From Nitrospirota bacterium (GTDB taxonomy: Bacteria; Nitrospirota; Nitrospiria; JACRHA01): a DNA stretch of 44,322 bases. The DNA lies in the NCBI GenBank assembly GCA_016234185.1, contig JACRHA010000032.1, positions 1 through 44,322 of the forward strand, given 5' to 3'. The position numbers and the translations under genes were made by a program. Of this stretch, positions 26,898 to 35,932 are shown one piece after another (position 1 is the stretch's first letter; each line of letters opens with the position of its first letter). The notes under the pieces are model-generated. The model searched no databases and had not been told where the DNA came from. It saw nothing but the letters and a program-made list of their open reading frames with translations.

Positions 26898-27176
26898 ATG
26901 GCCAAGAGACACAAATCAGCAATAAAAGCAGACAAGCAATCAAAACGGAAGAGAGAGAGGAACCGTGCCACTTTATCCAAGGTAAAATCTGTTATGAAGA
27001 AGACCAGTTCGGCTGTAGAATCAAAACAGATCGAGGCAGGGAAGACATTACTTCCGCAACTGACATCAATTATCCAGAAGGCTGTATCAAAGGGTATGCT
27101 GCACAAAAATACTGCCGCCAGGAAGATCTCGCGGATGGCAACAAAGATCAACGGCCTTATTGGAAAACCGGCCTAA
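26898..27176 (+). CDS. rpsT: 30S ribosomal protein S20
   Basis: MAKRHKSAIKADKQSKRKRERNRA is the typical S20 N-terminus. GGAG RBS before ATG 26898. Confidence 0.92.
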   Translation: MAKRHKSAIKADKQSKRKRERNRATLSKVKSVMKKTSSAVESKQIEAGKTLLPQLTSIIQKAVSKGMLHKNTAARKISRMATKINGLIGKPA

Positions 27177-28168
27177 ACAGGTAAGCAGATCTTAAGTATC
27201 AATGCCTCTAAAACAATCCTTGGGGCAATCCTGCTCGATTTCAGCTCAAGATCAGCCTTAAGAAAAAGCGATAAGATGCGGGAAAGTTCCCGGTATGTGT
27301 ATCCTTCGCTCTGCTTTATTATCTTGTCTCTTTTGCCATGCGGGATGCCTATCTCCTGAAGGAGATCACCCATTGACCGGCCGGTCTCCTTTGACTCCAC
27401 TATCCTCCAGATAATCCTGAATTGGCGTACCATCATGGAGAGCACGACAAGCGGAGGTTCTCCTGAGATGAGAAGGAGTGATAATAGCCTGAGCGAGTCA
27501 CCGGCATTTTTCTCACCTAAAGAGCCTGTCAGGTCAAATATGGACGGGGTCTCTTCTCCAGATATAACAGCCTTGACATCTTCAAGCCTTGCAACTTTTT
27601 TTTCTTCAAGATATAGGGAGAGCTTCTCGATCTCGCTTAACAGGCCCCACAGGTCATCGCCCTTTCTTTCAATAAGAAAGGAAATAGCATCATCCGATAT
27701 TGTAAAATCCAGATACTTTGCCTTTGATTTGATCCATGAAATCAACCGGATGCCGGACAATGGCTGTATCTGGATGGGCGAAAGGATCTCTTTGACCTCC
27801 CGGAAAAACCTCTTCCGCATATCCGGCTTCGCCGCGACAAGAATAAGACAGGTTGTTGGCGATGGTTTCTTGATATATTGGAGGAGGAGTTCAAGTCCTT
27901 CTGCCGGCATGAGATTAATATTCTTAATCTGGATTACCCTCCATGGAGAGCAGAATGGAAAACTCTCCGCAATTGCCAGGACATCAGATATATTTGTTTT
28001 ATCACCATCAAAGATATCATAATTAAACCCTCTTGAATCAACCACCATTGTCCTGTCCAGTATCCTTGATAGGGCATCACCAATGAGGAGTTCTTCTTCT
28101 CCATAAAAAAGGTATAGAGGTTCAATTTCACCTTTTTCAGTCATCTTCAGGAATTCACTGTAGTTCAT
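27173..28168 (-). CDS. holA: DNA polymerase III subunit delta
   Basis: 331 aa with N-terminal ...PLYLFYGEEELLI typical of HolA. Conserved position after lptE, as in the leuS-lptE-holA order known from E. coli. Confidence 0.85.
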   Translation of the reverse strand: MNYSEFLKMTEKGEIEPLYLFYGEEELLIGDALSRILDRTMVVDSRGFNYDIFDGDKTNISDVLAIAESFPFCSPWRVIQIKNINLMPAEGLELLLQYIKKPSPTTCLILVAAKPDMRKRFFREVKEILSPIQIQPLSGIRLISWIKSKAKYLDFTISDDAISFLIERKGDDLWGLLSEIEKLSLYLEEKKVARLEDVKAVISGEETPSIFDLTGSLGEKNAGDSLRLLSLLLISGEPPLVVLSMMVRQFRIIWRIVESKETGRSMGDLLQEIGIPHGKRDKIIKQSEGYTYRELSRILSLFLKADLELKSSRIAPRIVLEALILKICLPV

Positions 28169-28211
28169 AATTTACCTTGGCGGGTAGGGGGCGTTACCCT
28201 GTTGTAGTCCT

Positions 28212-28233
28212 GGGCAGGCACAGAGGCCTGCCC
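28212..28233. repeat. GC-rich REP-like hairpin / possible terminator after lptE
   Basis: Perfect 8-bp stem GGGCAGGC (28212-28219) / GCCTGCCC (28226-28233) with a 6-nt loop, abutting the lptE stop codon. Confidence 0.5.
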
Positions 28234-28836
28234 CTACAGGCCTTCCAGGATCTGGCTTACAAGATCCTCTGCAAAAAGCTTTGCAGCCTCCTCAATAGCC
28301 CTATTCTCTGCTGTGCTGTTGGCAGTTATATCGTCTGTTACAAAATACTCGGCTGTTACCTCTCTTCCCTTCTCTGTCCAGATATTTGCCTTGTCAGTCA
28401 ATCCCGGTTTGTTGTTCTTGCCTGTGAGGCCCACATCAATCGTTATCGATACCCTGTACTCAGTAGCCCTGTTATTGCTTGATGAAATAGGTGCCAGACT
28501 AAAGCTTGTTATCCTTCCGGTAAGGGTTAGATCTGCCAGAGACGGGTCATTGATTAACTGAAAGCCTCCATTAGAGACAATCTCCTCTTTTATGAATCCC
28601 GTAACCTTTTTTCCAATTAATGGGTCGAATGTATCATTGTGAAAGGTTGGAACGGCTATCTTTCTGGACTGGGTATCAGATATGCTCCTGCCAAGGAAAC
28701 GATAACCGCATCCAGTAGATAAAGCCAAGGTTAAGGCTAAGGTTACGAAGAAGGCTAAGGTTGAGGCTGAGGTTAAGAATTTCCTTAACCTATATATAAA
28801 CCTTAACCTGCTTTTTCCCCTCAACCTAAACCTCAA
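28234..28836 (-). CDS. lptE: LPS-assembly lipoprotein LptE
   Basis: Lipobox LALSTGC followed by GYRF, and an LptE-like mature part (IAVPTFHNDT). Position between leuS and holA. The start is uncertain: there is no ATG downstream of the leuS stop, so TTG 28836 after GAGAGG is proposed. The ORF is open to 28932. Confidence 0.75.
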   Translation of the reverse strand: MRFRLRGKSRLRFIYRLRKFLTSASTLAFFVTLALTLALSTGCGYRFLGRSISDTQSRKIAVPTFHNDTFDPLIGKKVTGFIKEEIVSNGGFQLINDPSLADLTLTGRITSFSLAPISSSNNRATEYRVSITIDVGLTGKNNKPGLTDKANIWTEKGREVTAEYFVTDDITANSTAENRAIEEAAKLFAEDLVSQILEGL

Positions 28837-28856
28837 CCTTAACCTCTCTTTTGTGC
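28737..28856. repeat. imperfect palindrome built from AAGGYT / ARCCTY hexamer repeats
   Basis: Left arm: aaggtt aaggct aaggtt acgaag aaggct aaggtt gaggct gaggtt aag. Central hairpin: GGTTAAG (28781-28787) / CTTAACC (28794-28800). Right arm: accttaacc...cctcaacct aaacct caacct taacctc. Confidence 0.7.
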
Positions 28857-28859
28857 TTT

Positions 28860-31364
28860 CTATCCGGCCACAATATTTATTAGCCTCCCCTGGACATAGA
28901 TCACCTTTTTGATTGCCTTCCCCTTTGTCCATTCCATTAATTTTGGCAAGGCAAGCACCCTTGCCCTGACCTCCTCTTCTTTCAGGTCAGGCGGTACATC
29001 TATCTTCCCTTTGAGCTTTCCATTTATCTGGATAACAATGAGTACCTCATCTGTCTTTATAACATCCGGGTCATAGTCCGGCCAGCCAGCCCTAAATATA
29101 GTAGGCATGTGACCAAGCTTGGTCCATAGCTCCTCTGCAATGTGGGGTGCAAAGGGGGATAAGAGGATTACTGCTGCTTCAACGGCCTCCTTCATTACTG
29201 CCAGGCCGTTCTTTTCATTATCAAGCTTTACAAGATATATGCTGTTGACAAGCTCCATAATAGCGCTTATAGCGGTATTAAAATGGAATCCCCCCTCTAT
29301 ATCTCTTGTAACGTCCCTGATGGTGGCATGGGTCTTTCTTCTCAGATCTTTAAGTTCTTTTGAGAGGCCAGCCTGCCCTGTCAGTTCAACTGACAAACCG
29401 GATAGATTGGGGGCTAATTCAATCACCTTTCTCCATATCCTGTTTAAGAACCTGAATGCGCCTTCCACGGCCCTGTCATTCCATTCAGCATCCTTTTCAG
29501 GAGGACCAATGAAGAGCGTATAGAGCCGTAGTGTATCCGCACCATATTTCCCGATGAGTTCATCGGGGCTCACTACATTCCCTTTTGATTTCGACATCTT
29601 CTCGAGCCTGCCGGTAATGCTGCTTGTCTTGCATATCATACCCTGCGTAAATAGCGCCTGGAATGGTTCCTTAAATGGGATATATCCTTCGTCATAAAGG
29701 ACCTTCACGATAAACCTTGAGTAGAGGAGATGCAGGACGGCATGCTCAATACCGCCAATATACTGATCCACAGGAAGCCACCTGCCTGCGAGTGATTTAT
29801 CAAAGGCCTTCTGGGTATCCCGAGGGGAAAGGTATCTTAGGAAATACCAGCATGAGCAGAGCCACTGGGCGATGGTATCCGTCTCCCTTTTTGCCGGACC
29901 GCCGCACCCTGGACATCTGGTGTTAACAAATGCCTCTGCATGGGCAAGGGGAGATCTCCCCTCCTTTGGCCTGAAATTCCCTATCTCAGGAAGCATAACA
30001 GGAAGATCGGCCTCAGGCACAGGCACCTCTCCGCATTTCCCGCAATAGACGATCGGGATAGGAGTCCCCCAGTATCTTTGCCTTGAGATCAACCAGTCCC
30101 TTATCTTATAACTGATCCTGTGTCTCCCGACCTTCCTCTCTTCCATGTGGCCCACTATCTTCTGCATTGCCTCTCTGTTCCTCAGTCCGTTGAAATGGCC
30201 TGAGTTTATCTGGATGCCGTCATCTGTATATGCAGCCTCCATGGACGTCGCCTCAAGATCAGCCCCCTCAGGCATGATTACGGGGATGACAGGCAGGCCA
30301 TACTTTCTTGCAAACTCAAAATCCCTCTGATCATGTGCAGGGACACCCATCACAGCGCCTGTCCCATATTCCATCAGGGCATAATTGGTTATCCATAGGG
30401 GGACAGCCTTCCCGTTGATCGGGTTTATCACATTCCTGTTAATGGGGATACCCTTTTTTTCTGCTGCCGCCTCCTCCCTGCTGATCTTCTTCTCCCTCCG
30501 GACCTCATTTATAAATTGCAGGATCTCCTCCCTGTTGGGAGAATCGATTATCAGCTCCTCAATTGCGGGATGCTCCGGGGCCAGGGCCATAAAGGTGACC
30601 CCATAGATGGTGTCAGGCCTTGTGGTAAAACAGGGGAGGAGCCTTTGGGTCCCCTCTATCTTAAAATCAATTTCTGCCCCTTCGCTCCTGCCGATCCAGT
30701 TCTCCTGCATTACCTTGACGCGCTCAGGCCATTCTGTGAGCATGGAGAGGTCATCAAGCAGTTTTTGTGCATATTCTGTTATCTTGAAAAACCATTGCTC
30801 CTGATTTTTCTGTTCAACAGGGGTATCACATCGCTCGCATGATCCTCCGATCACCTCTTCGTTGGCAAGTGTTGTGGCGCAGGAAGGACACCAGTTCACA
30901 CCGGCGAGCTTTTTGTATGCGAGGACCCTACGGTAAAGTACAAGGAAGACCCACTGGGTCCACTTATAATAACCAGGATGACATGTAGCTATCTCCCGAT
31001 CCCAGTCGTACCCTATGCCCCACCGGATGAGCTGTTCCTTCATCCTCCTGATGTTGCTGATTGTCCAATCCTTAGGATGTATATTATTTTTTATGGCGGC
31101 ATTTTCAGCCGGAAGCCCGAAGGCATCCCATCCGATCGGCGAGAGGACGTTGTATCCATCAAGGATCTTATATCTTGCCAGCGCATCCCCGATAATATAG
31201 TTTCTGCCATGGCCGACATGGAGGGTGCCGGACGGGTAGGGGAACATGACAAGGCAGTAAAACTTATCTCTGTTATCATTGAGATCTATGCTGAACAGAT
31301 TTATCTCATCCCAGTATTTTTGCCATTTTTTCTCGATAGCTTCCGGATTGTACATATCATCCAT
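28860..31364 (-). CDS. leuS: leucine--tRNA ligase
   Basis: 834 aa with class I motifs [11 protein letters not shown] (HIGH) and KMSKSKGN (KMSKS). Confidence 0.97.
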   Translation of the reverse strand: MDDMYNPEAIEKKWQKYWDEINLFSIDLNDNRDKFYCLVMFPYPSGTLHVGHGRNYIIGDALARYKILDGYNVLSPIGWDAFGLPAENAAIKNNIHPKDWTISNIRRMKEQLIRWGIGYDWDREIATCHPGYYKWTQWVFLVLYRRVLAYKKLAGVNWCPSCATTLANEEVIGGSCERCDTPVEQKNQEQWFFKITEYAQKLLDDLSMLTEWPERVKVMQENWIGRSEGAEIDFKIEGTQRLLPCFTTRPDTIYGVTFMALAPEHPAIEELIIDSPNREEILQFINEVRREKKISREEAAAEKKGIPINRNVINPINGKAVPLWITNYALMEYGTGAVMGVPAHDQRDFEFARKYGLPVIPVIMPEGADLEATSMEAAYTDDGIQINSGHFNGLRNREAMQKIVGHMEERKVGRHRISYKIRDWLISRQRYWGTPIPIVYCGKCGEVPVPEADLPVMLPEIGNFRPKEGRSPLAHAEAFVNTRCPGCGGPAKRETDTIAQWLCSCWYFLRYLSPRDTQKAFDKSLAGRWLPVDQYIGGIEHAVLHLLYSRFIVKVLYDEGYIPFKEPFQALFTQGMICKTSSITGRLEKMSKSKGNVVSPDELIGKYGADTLRLYTLFIGPPEKDAEWNDRAVEGAFRFLNRIWRKVIELAPNLSGLSVELTGQAGLSKELKDLRRKTHATIRDVTRDIEGGFHFNTAISAIMELVNSIYLVKLDNEKNGLAVMKEAVEAAVILLSPFAPHIAEELWTKLGHMPTIFRAGWPDYDPDVIKTDEVLIVIQINGKLKGKIDVPPDLKEEEVRARVLALPKLMEWTKGKAIKKVIYVQGRLINIVAG

Positions 31365-31430
31365 TCGAATACCCCTTGATATTACATAATACCAACGAAT
31401 TAAATAAGTTTATATATACCGAATAATGCT

Positions 31431-31537
31431 GTCATTCCCGTGTATGTGGGAAACTAGACTTATCATCGGTACTGGATTCCTGCTCCCCGCTTTAGCGGGG
31501 ACAAGTTTACCCCTGCGGAGGCAGGGGCAGGAATGAC
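31431..31537. repeat. REP/MITE-like element (107 bp) with terminal inverted repeats and internal hairpins
   Basis: GTCATTCC (31431-31438) / GGAATGAC (31530-31537). Internal hairpins CCCCGC-TTTA-GCGGGG (31485-31500) and CCCCTGC-GGAG-GCAGGGG (31510-31527). Shares ACTGGATTCC and GGAATGAC with the element at 1-80. Confidence 0.65.
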
Positions 31538-31620
31538 CTGCATATTGGCATTTTACTTATAGCGTTTGTATTAGTTATTTATCATATTATTCGATTTTTT
31601 TCAAGGAAGGATCGTAATAT

Positions 31621-33948
31621 CTACGGGTCAATATCCAGGTCAATCCTGATCCCGGAGGTGGATGCCTCCGTATTTAGCTCTTCCATTGATCTCCTGATGA
31701 TTTCCTGTACGGGGCGGTCACCTTTTATGATCATCTGCCATCTGTGCCTTCCCCTCAGTATTTCCGGATACCCCCTGGCCGGTCCAAGTAGCTCTGTTCC
31801 TTTGTCAAGATTCCTGTGCAGGATCTTGCCAAGTCTTTGCGACCTATCCATGCACCTCTCTGCATTGCCCCCTTCTAATGTTATTATGACCATCGATGAA
31901 AATGGTGGATACCCTAGTTCTCTCCGAAACCCGATCTCCTTCTGGTAGAACCGGTCAAGTCCCATATTTGTTGGGTCAGATACTGCCTCTATCGCATGGT
32001 GGCTGGGGTTATGGGTCTGGATAATCACCTCACCTTTCCCTGCCAGATCGATCAGCCCGCGCAAGAGTTTGTATACCCTGTGGGATAATCGAAAATCAGG
32101 AAGGTGCAGGCATGTATCTGCCGAGACAACCCCAACCAATGCAAAGGGGTGGTTGCCGGGACTTCTTAATACAATATCCGTCCCTATGACAATCTCGCCC
32201 TCTTTTCTGAGAGTCCCAGGGTTCGCGGGTTCCAGGGTTCGATGACTTGACCCCTTGACCCCTTGACCCCTTGACCCCTTAATTGTATCCTTATCTAACC
32301 TAACTACCTTTGCGCTTGGAAATATCTTCCTGACCTCCTCCTCCACCCGCTCTGTGCCGATACCGACTTCCGTCAACCTGCTTGACCCGCAATCAGGGCA
32401 TGTTTCCGGGACACATGCAGATTTATTGCAATAATGACATGAGAGTCTTTTTAACCCTTTATAGTAGGTCATGGATAGGGCGCAGTCCGGGCATCTGAAA
32501 GAATAGCCGCAATCCTGACATATAATACTATTGGAAAACCCTCTCTTGTTAACAAAAAGAAGCACTCGGTCTCCCTTTGAAATCCTGTTGGCTATTGAAG
32601 AATTAAGTTGATCGGAAAGGATGGTCCTCCCATTGGCACCCCTCATATCGACAATCTTTATGAGTGGCTGCGGGGTCGAGGGGTCTTTGGTCCTTGGGTT
32701 TGCGGGTTCATTTGACCCCTTAGACCCTTGAATCCTTGGACCCTCCTCTTCCGGTAGGGTCCTGAGTTTGTATACCCCTGTCATCCCATAGTAGAAGTCC
32801 TCCACAGATGGCGCGGATGAACCCAGTATTACAGGGATGTTTAATCTCTCTCCCCTCTTTAAGGCAACTCCTTTTGCGTTATATCTGAGTCCTTTGTCCT
32901 GTTTGTATGATGGGTCATCTTCCTCGTCCACTATTATCATGCCTGGCAGATCAATGGGGGCAAATATGGCAGACCTGGTTCCGACAATTATATCTATCTT
33001 CCCTTCCCTTATCCGTGAGAGGATGTCAAACCTCCTGCCTTCTGAGATGCGGCTATGAAGAAGGCCTACCCTTCCACTGAATGTATCCTCCAGGGTTTTT
33101 ATCAGGGATAGATTTGGTGATATTTCAGGTATCAATAGCAGTACCCCCTTTCCCTTTTCTATACACAGAGAGATAAGGTGAAGGTAGATCCTCTGCCTTG
33201 TATCCTTTTTTATTTCGGCAAGGAGGTAAGGGGTATAAGTGCCCTTATTTATGAGGTCTTTGACCTCATTTACCAGGTCCGCTTCTCTTCCGTAAAGAGA
33301 GGGGAGGCTTGCCGGATGTTTGATGTCACTGGCCGTCTTTCTCTTTTTCCTGGAAGGATCCCTTTTCCCGATTATCCGGATATCTTCATCCAGTATCCCA
33401 TCCCTCTTCATATTTGATAGTATCCGGGTAAGACGGTTTTCCCTTAATTCAACACCGATATCTTTTGAGAGTTCAGAAATCGGCACCCACCCGGTCTTAT
33501 CCTTAAGTACCGATAGGATCCTGCCCTTCATGCTGTTAGGGGTTGCCTTGATCTTGGTGCCCTGATCTGTTAGCTTGAAATACTCCCTGCTCTTAAGATT
33601 ATTACCTCCTGGTATGGCTGCCCTTATCATCAGACCTAATGGCTGCATATAGTATTCGGAGGCCCATCTCGCAAGTTCCAATATCTCATTATTTATAATA
33701 GGTGTATCATTAAGGGCTTCAATTATCTCTTTAAGGCTATGGGATCCGTCTTGCACTGATACCCCAATCAGGTAACCGGTGATCTTTGACCTTCCAAGCG
33801 GGACAAGGAGCCTCATTCCAGGTGAGAGCCTTCCGATAAGCCGATCGGGGATTGCATAGCTGAGTACCTTGTCAAGCCTCCTTGGTATAGCTACCAGGGC
33901 TATTCTTCCCTTTGAGGTGTCGGAAGGAATTTTCACACTTGAAGACAT
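31621..33948 (-). CDS. priA: primosomal protein N' (replication restart helicase PriA)
   Basis: Helicase motifs (IIVDEEDDPSYKQ), and a Cys-rich zinc-binding region CQDCG....CPDC...... CHYC......CPDCGS. 775 aa. Contains two repeat-derived insertions. Confidence 0.93.
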   Translation of the reverse strand: MSSSVKIPSDTSKGRIALVAIPRRLDKVLSYAIPDRLIGRLSPGMRLLVPLGRSKITGYLIGVSVQDGSHSLKEIIEALNDTPIINNEILELARWASEYYMQPLGLMIRAAIPGGNNLKSREYFKLTDQGTKIKATPNSMKGRILSVLKDKTGWVPISELSKDIGVELRENRLTRILSNMKRDGILDEDIRIIGKRDPSRKKRKTASDIKHPASLPSLYGREADLVNEVKDLINKGTYTPYLLAEIKKDTRQRIYLHLISLCIEKGKGVLLLIPEISPNLSLIKTLEDTFSGRVGLLHSRISEGRRFDILSRIREGKIDIIVGTRSAIFAPIDLPGMIIVDEEDDPSYKQDKGLRYNAKGVALKRGERLNIPVILGSSAPSVEDFYYGMTGVYKLRTLPEEEGPRIQGSKGSNEPANPRTKDPSTPQPLIKIVDMRGANGRTILSDQLNSSIANRISKGDRVLLFVNKRGFSNSIICQDCGYSFRCPDCALSMTYYKGLKRLSCHYCNKSACVPETCPDCGSSRLTEVGIGTERVEEEVRKIFPSAKVVRLDKDTIKGSRGQGVKGSSHRTLEPANPGTLRKEGEIVIGTDIVLRSPGNHPFALVGVVSADTCLHLPDFRLSHRVYKLLRGLIDLAGKGEVIIQTHNPSHHAIEAVSDPTNMGLDRFYQKEIGFRRELGYPPFSSMVIITLEGGNAERCMDRSQRLGKILHRNLDKGTELLGPARGYPEILRGRHRWQMIIKGDRPVQEIIRRSMEELNTEASTSGIRIDLDIDP
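32216..32285. repeat. in-frame short-repeat insertion in priA (4 tandem CCCCTTGA octamers plus GGGTTCGCGGGTTC core)
   Basis: ccagggttcgcgggttccagggttcgatgac followed by ttgacccc x4. Translated on the minus strand as KGSRGQGVKGSSHRTLEPANPGTL. Confidence 0.7.
32671..32750. repeat. second, related in-frame repeat insertion in priA
   Basis: Contains gggtttgcgggttca and ttgacccctt, the same cores as 32216-32285. Translated as GPRIQGSKGSNEPANPRTKDPSTP. Confidence 0.65.
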
Positions 33949-34041
33949 GAATCGATTTTATCAGGTAAAGATCGGACATGACAATAAGAAAGAAATCCTT
34001 TGACTTTTATATAGGCGTATATATAATAACCGAACGTATAC

Positions 34042-34803
34042 ATGATTAAAACAATGAGCGAGGGGGCACTTATGAATGACAAGCAGTCTGGTCTTGTAAC
34101 AGGAGAATTTGATGAAGGCTTAAAGGAAGGGGTTTATAGGGCAATATACTCACGAAGGGATATAAGGGCCCAATTTAAAAACGATCCGATCCCAGAAGAG
34201 GTGTTATCGCGTATCCTCCATGCCGCCCACCATGCCCCTTCGGTCGGGTTCATGCAGCCCTGGAACTTTATCCTAGTCCGAAAAGAGGGGATTCGTGAGA
34301 AGATCCATGCCGCCTTTCAGCAGGCAAATGCTGAGGCTGCCATGATGTTCTCAGGTGAAAAGAGGGAGCAGTATAAGGGTTTCAAGCTGGAAGGGATCAT
34401 GGAGTCGCCGCTTAACATTTGCATAACCCGCGACCGGGAACGCTTTGGCCCTGTGGTAATAGGCCGCACTGCGAATCAGATTATGGATCTCTATAGTTGT
34501 GTCTGCGCAGTTCAGAATTTATGGCTGGCGGCCAGGGCTGAAGGAATGGGGGTAGGCTGGGTAAGCATTATTCACGACCGTGAAATTCGGGAAATACTTC
34601 ATCTGCCATCCCATGTTGCCCCTGTCGCATATCTTTGCATTGGTTACGTTACCCATTTTCCGGAAAGGCCGGAACTTGAGGCTGCCGGATGGCTTCCCCG
34701 CCTTCCCCTTAATGAGCTTGTCTTTTGTGATCAGTGGGGAGAGGAGTGCAAGCCATCCTGGCCTGAACTTCACAAAGAGATAGTTAAGCAGAAAGATATT
34801 TGA
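34042..34803 (+). CDS. bluB: 5,6-dimethylbenzimidazole synthase (nitroreductase-fold BluB)
   Basis: YRAIYSRRDIRAQF...P.PEEVL.RILHAAHHAPSVGFMQPWNF is the BluB signature. An internal ATG could be the true start. Confidence 0.8.
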   Translation: MIKTMSEGALMNDKQSGLVTGEFDEGLKEGVYRAIYSRRDIRAQFKNDPIPEEVLSRILHAAHHAPSVGFMQPWNFILVRKEGIREKIHAAFQQANAEAAMMFSGEKREQYKGFKLEGIMESPLNICITRDRERFGPVVIGRTANQIMDLYSCVCAVQNLWLAARAEGMGVGWVSIIHDREIREILHLPSHVAPVAYLCIGYVTHFPERPELEAAGWLPRLPLNELVFCDQWGEECKPSWPELHKEIVKQKDI

Positions 34804-34887
34804 CCCTTCCTCCGGTTATAGCCCTTTCCGGCAAGGGGATGGTGGCCTAGGATAAAGTTTTGAGATTATACTTATGAGGAGGGTGCA

Positions 34888-35925
34888 ATGGATGAGACCC
34901 TGAAGATTGCACGTCTGATTTTACCGCTCGCCTTGATCGCAGGCGGGCTTCTTGCGGGAATAATCTTCGATAAAATTATATTAAAAAGACTCAGGAAGAT
35001 AGCAGAAAAAACGGAGTGGGAGGGTGATGAGATTATAATCTCAGCCCTTTCCCATATGACAATCCTCTGGTTCGTTATTGCAGGAATTTATGGGGCCATC
35101 CTAAGTATCCCTATGAATCCGGTCTTTTTAAATATCTCAAAACAGATCCTCCTTGCCATTGTGATATTTTCGGTTACTGTTGTATCTTCAAGGGTTTCAG
35201 TCGGCTTTGTTAACCTCTATGCCAACAGGATGAAAGGCGTCTTGCCCTCAACGTCGATCTTTGTAAATCTGACAAAACTTCTGGTATTTCTTGTTGGTAT
35301 ACTAATTATGCTTCAGACCCTTGGAGTTTCTATAGCTCCGATACTCACTGCCCTTGGGGTTGGCGGGCTTGCCGTTGCCCTGGCCCTTCAAGATACGCTT
35401 TCTAATCTCTTTTCGGGGTTGCAGATCATCATTTCAAGGCAGGTAAAGCCGGGAGATTATATAAGGCTTGCCGGCGGCGAAGAAGGTTATGTTTCCGATA
35501 TAACATGGCGAAATACAACCATAAGGGCGCTCCCGAATAATTTGATAGTAGTCCCAAACTCCAAGCTGGCATCTGCCATAGTTACAAACTACTTTCTTCC
35601 GGAAAAGGAGATGACCCTCTTTGTTGAGGTCGGTGTCAGCTACGATTGTGACCTTGATAAGGTAGAAAAGATAACGGTTGAGATTGCAAAAGTGGTCATG
35701 AAGGAGGTGCCCGGAGGCATTCCGCAATTTGAACCTTCTGTAAGGTATCACACCTTTGGCGATTACTCTGTTAAATTTACTGTGGTACTGCGTGCAAGGG
35801 AGTTCACTGACCAGAACCTGATTAAGCATGAATTCATAAAAAGACTACATGAACGGTATAAGAAAGAGGGGATAGAGATCCCGTTTCCGACCAGGACTGT
35901 CTACATGAAGGGGAGGGAGGAGTAG
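34888..35925 (+). CDS. mechanosensitive ion channel family protein (MscS-like)
   Basis: N-terminal TM helices. Pore-lining GVGGLAVALALQDTLSNLFSG followed by the beta-domain PGDYIRL..GEEGYV.DI.WR.T. Confidence 0.88.
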   Translation: MDETLKIARLILPLALIAGGLLAGIIFDKIILKRLRKIAEKTEWEGDEIIISALSHMTILWFVIAGIYGAILSIPMNPVFLNISKQILLAIVIFSVTVVSSRVSVGFVNLYANRMKGVLPSTSIFVNLTKLLVFLVGILIMLQTLGVSIAPILTALGVGGLAVALALQDTLSNLFSGLQIIISRQVKPGDYIRLAGGEEGYVSDITWRNTTIRALPNNLIVVPNSKLASAIVTNYFLPEKEMTLFVEVGVSYDCDLDKVEKITVEIAKVVMKEVPGGIPQFEPSVRYHTFGDYSVKFTVVLRAREFTDQNLIKHEFIKRLHERYKKEGIEIPFPTRTVYMKGREE

Positions 35926-35932
35926 CTGCCCA

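Noticed and set aside
27435-28022. 195-aa + strand ORF
   Set aside because: It is antisense to holA, Ser-rich, and has no motifs or RBS.
32247-32280. Tandem repeats considered as a possible CRISPR array or VNTR
   Set aside because: The units are 8 bp with no spacers and lie inside the priA frame. This is not CRISPR. It is reported instead as an intragenic repeat. No CRISPR-like array was seen anywhere in the window.
33949-34041. Possible cobalamin riboswitch upstream of bluB
   Set aside because: The intergenic region is only about 90 nt and AT-rich, with no B12-box-like GCCACTG element or extended pairing.
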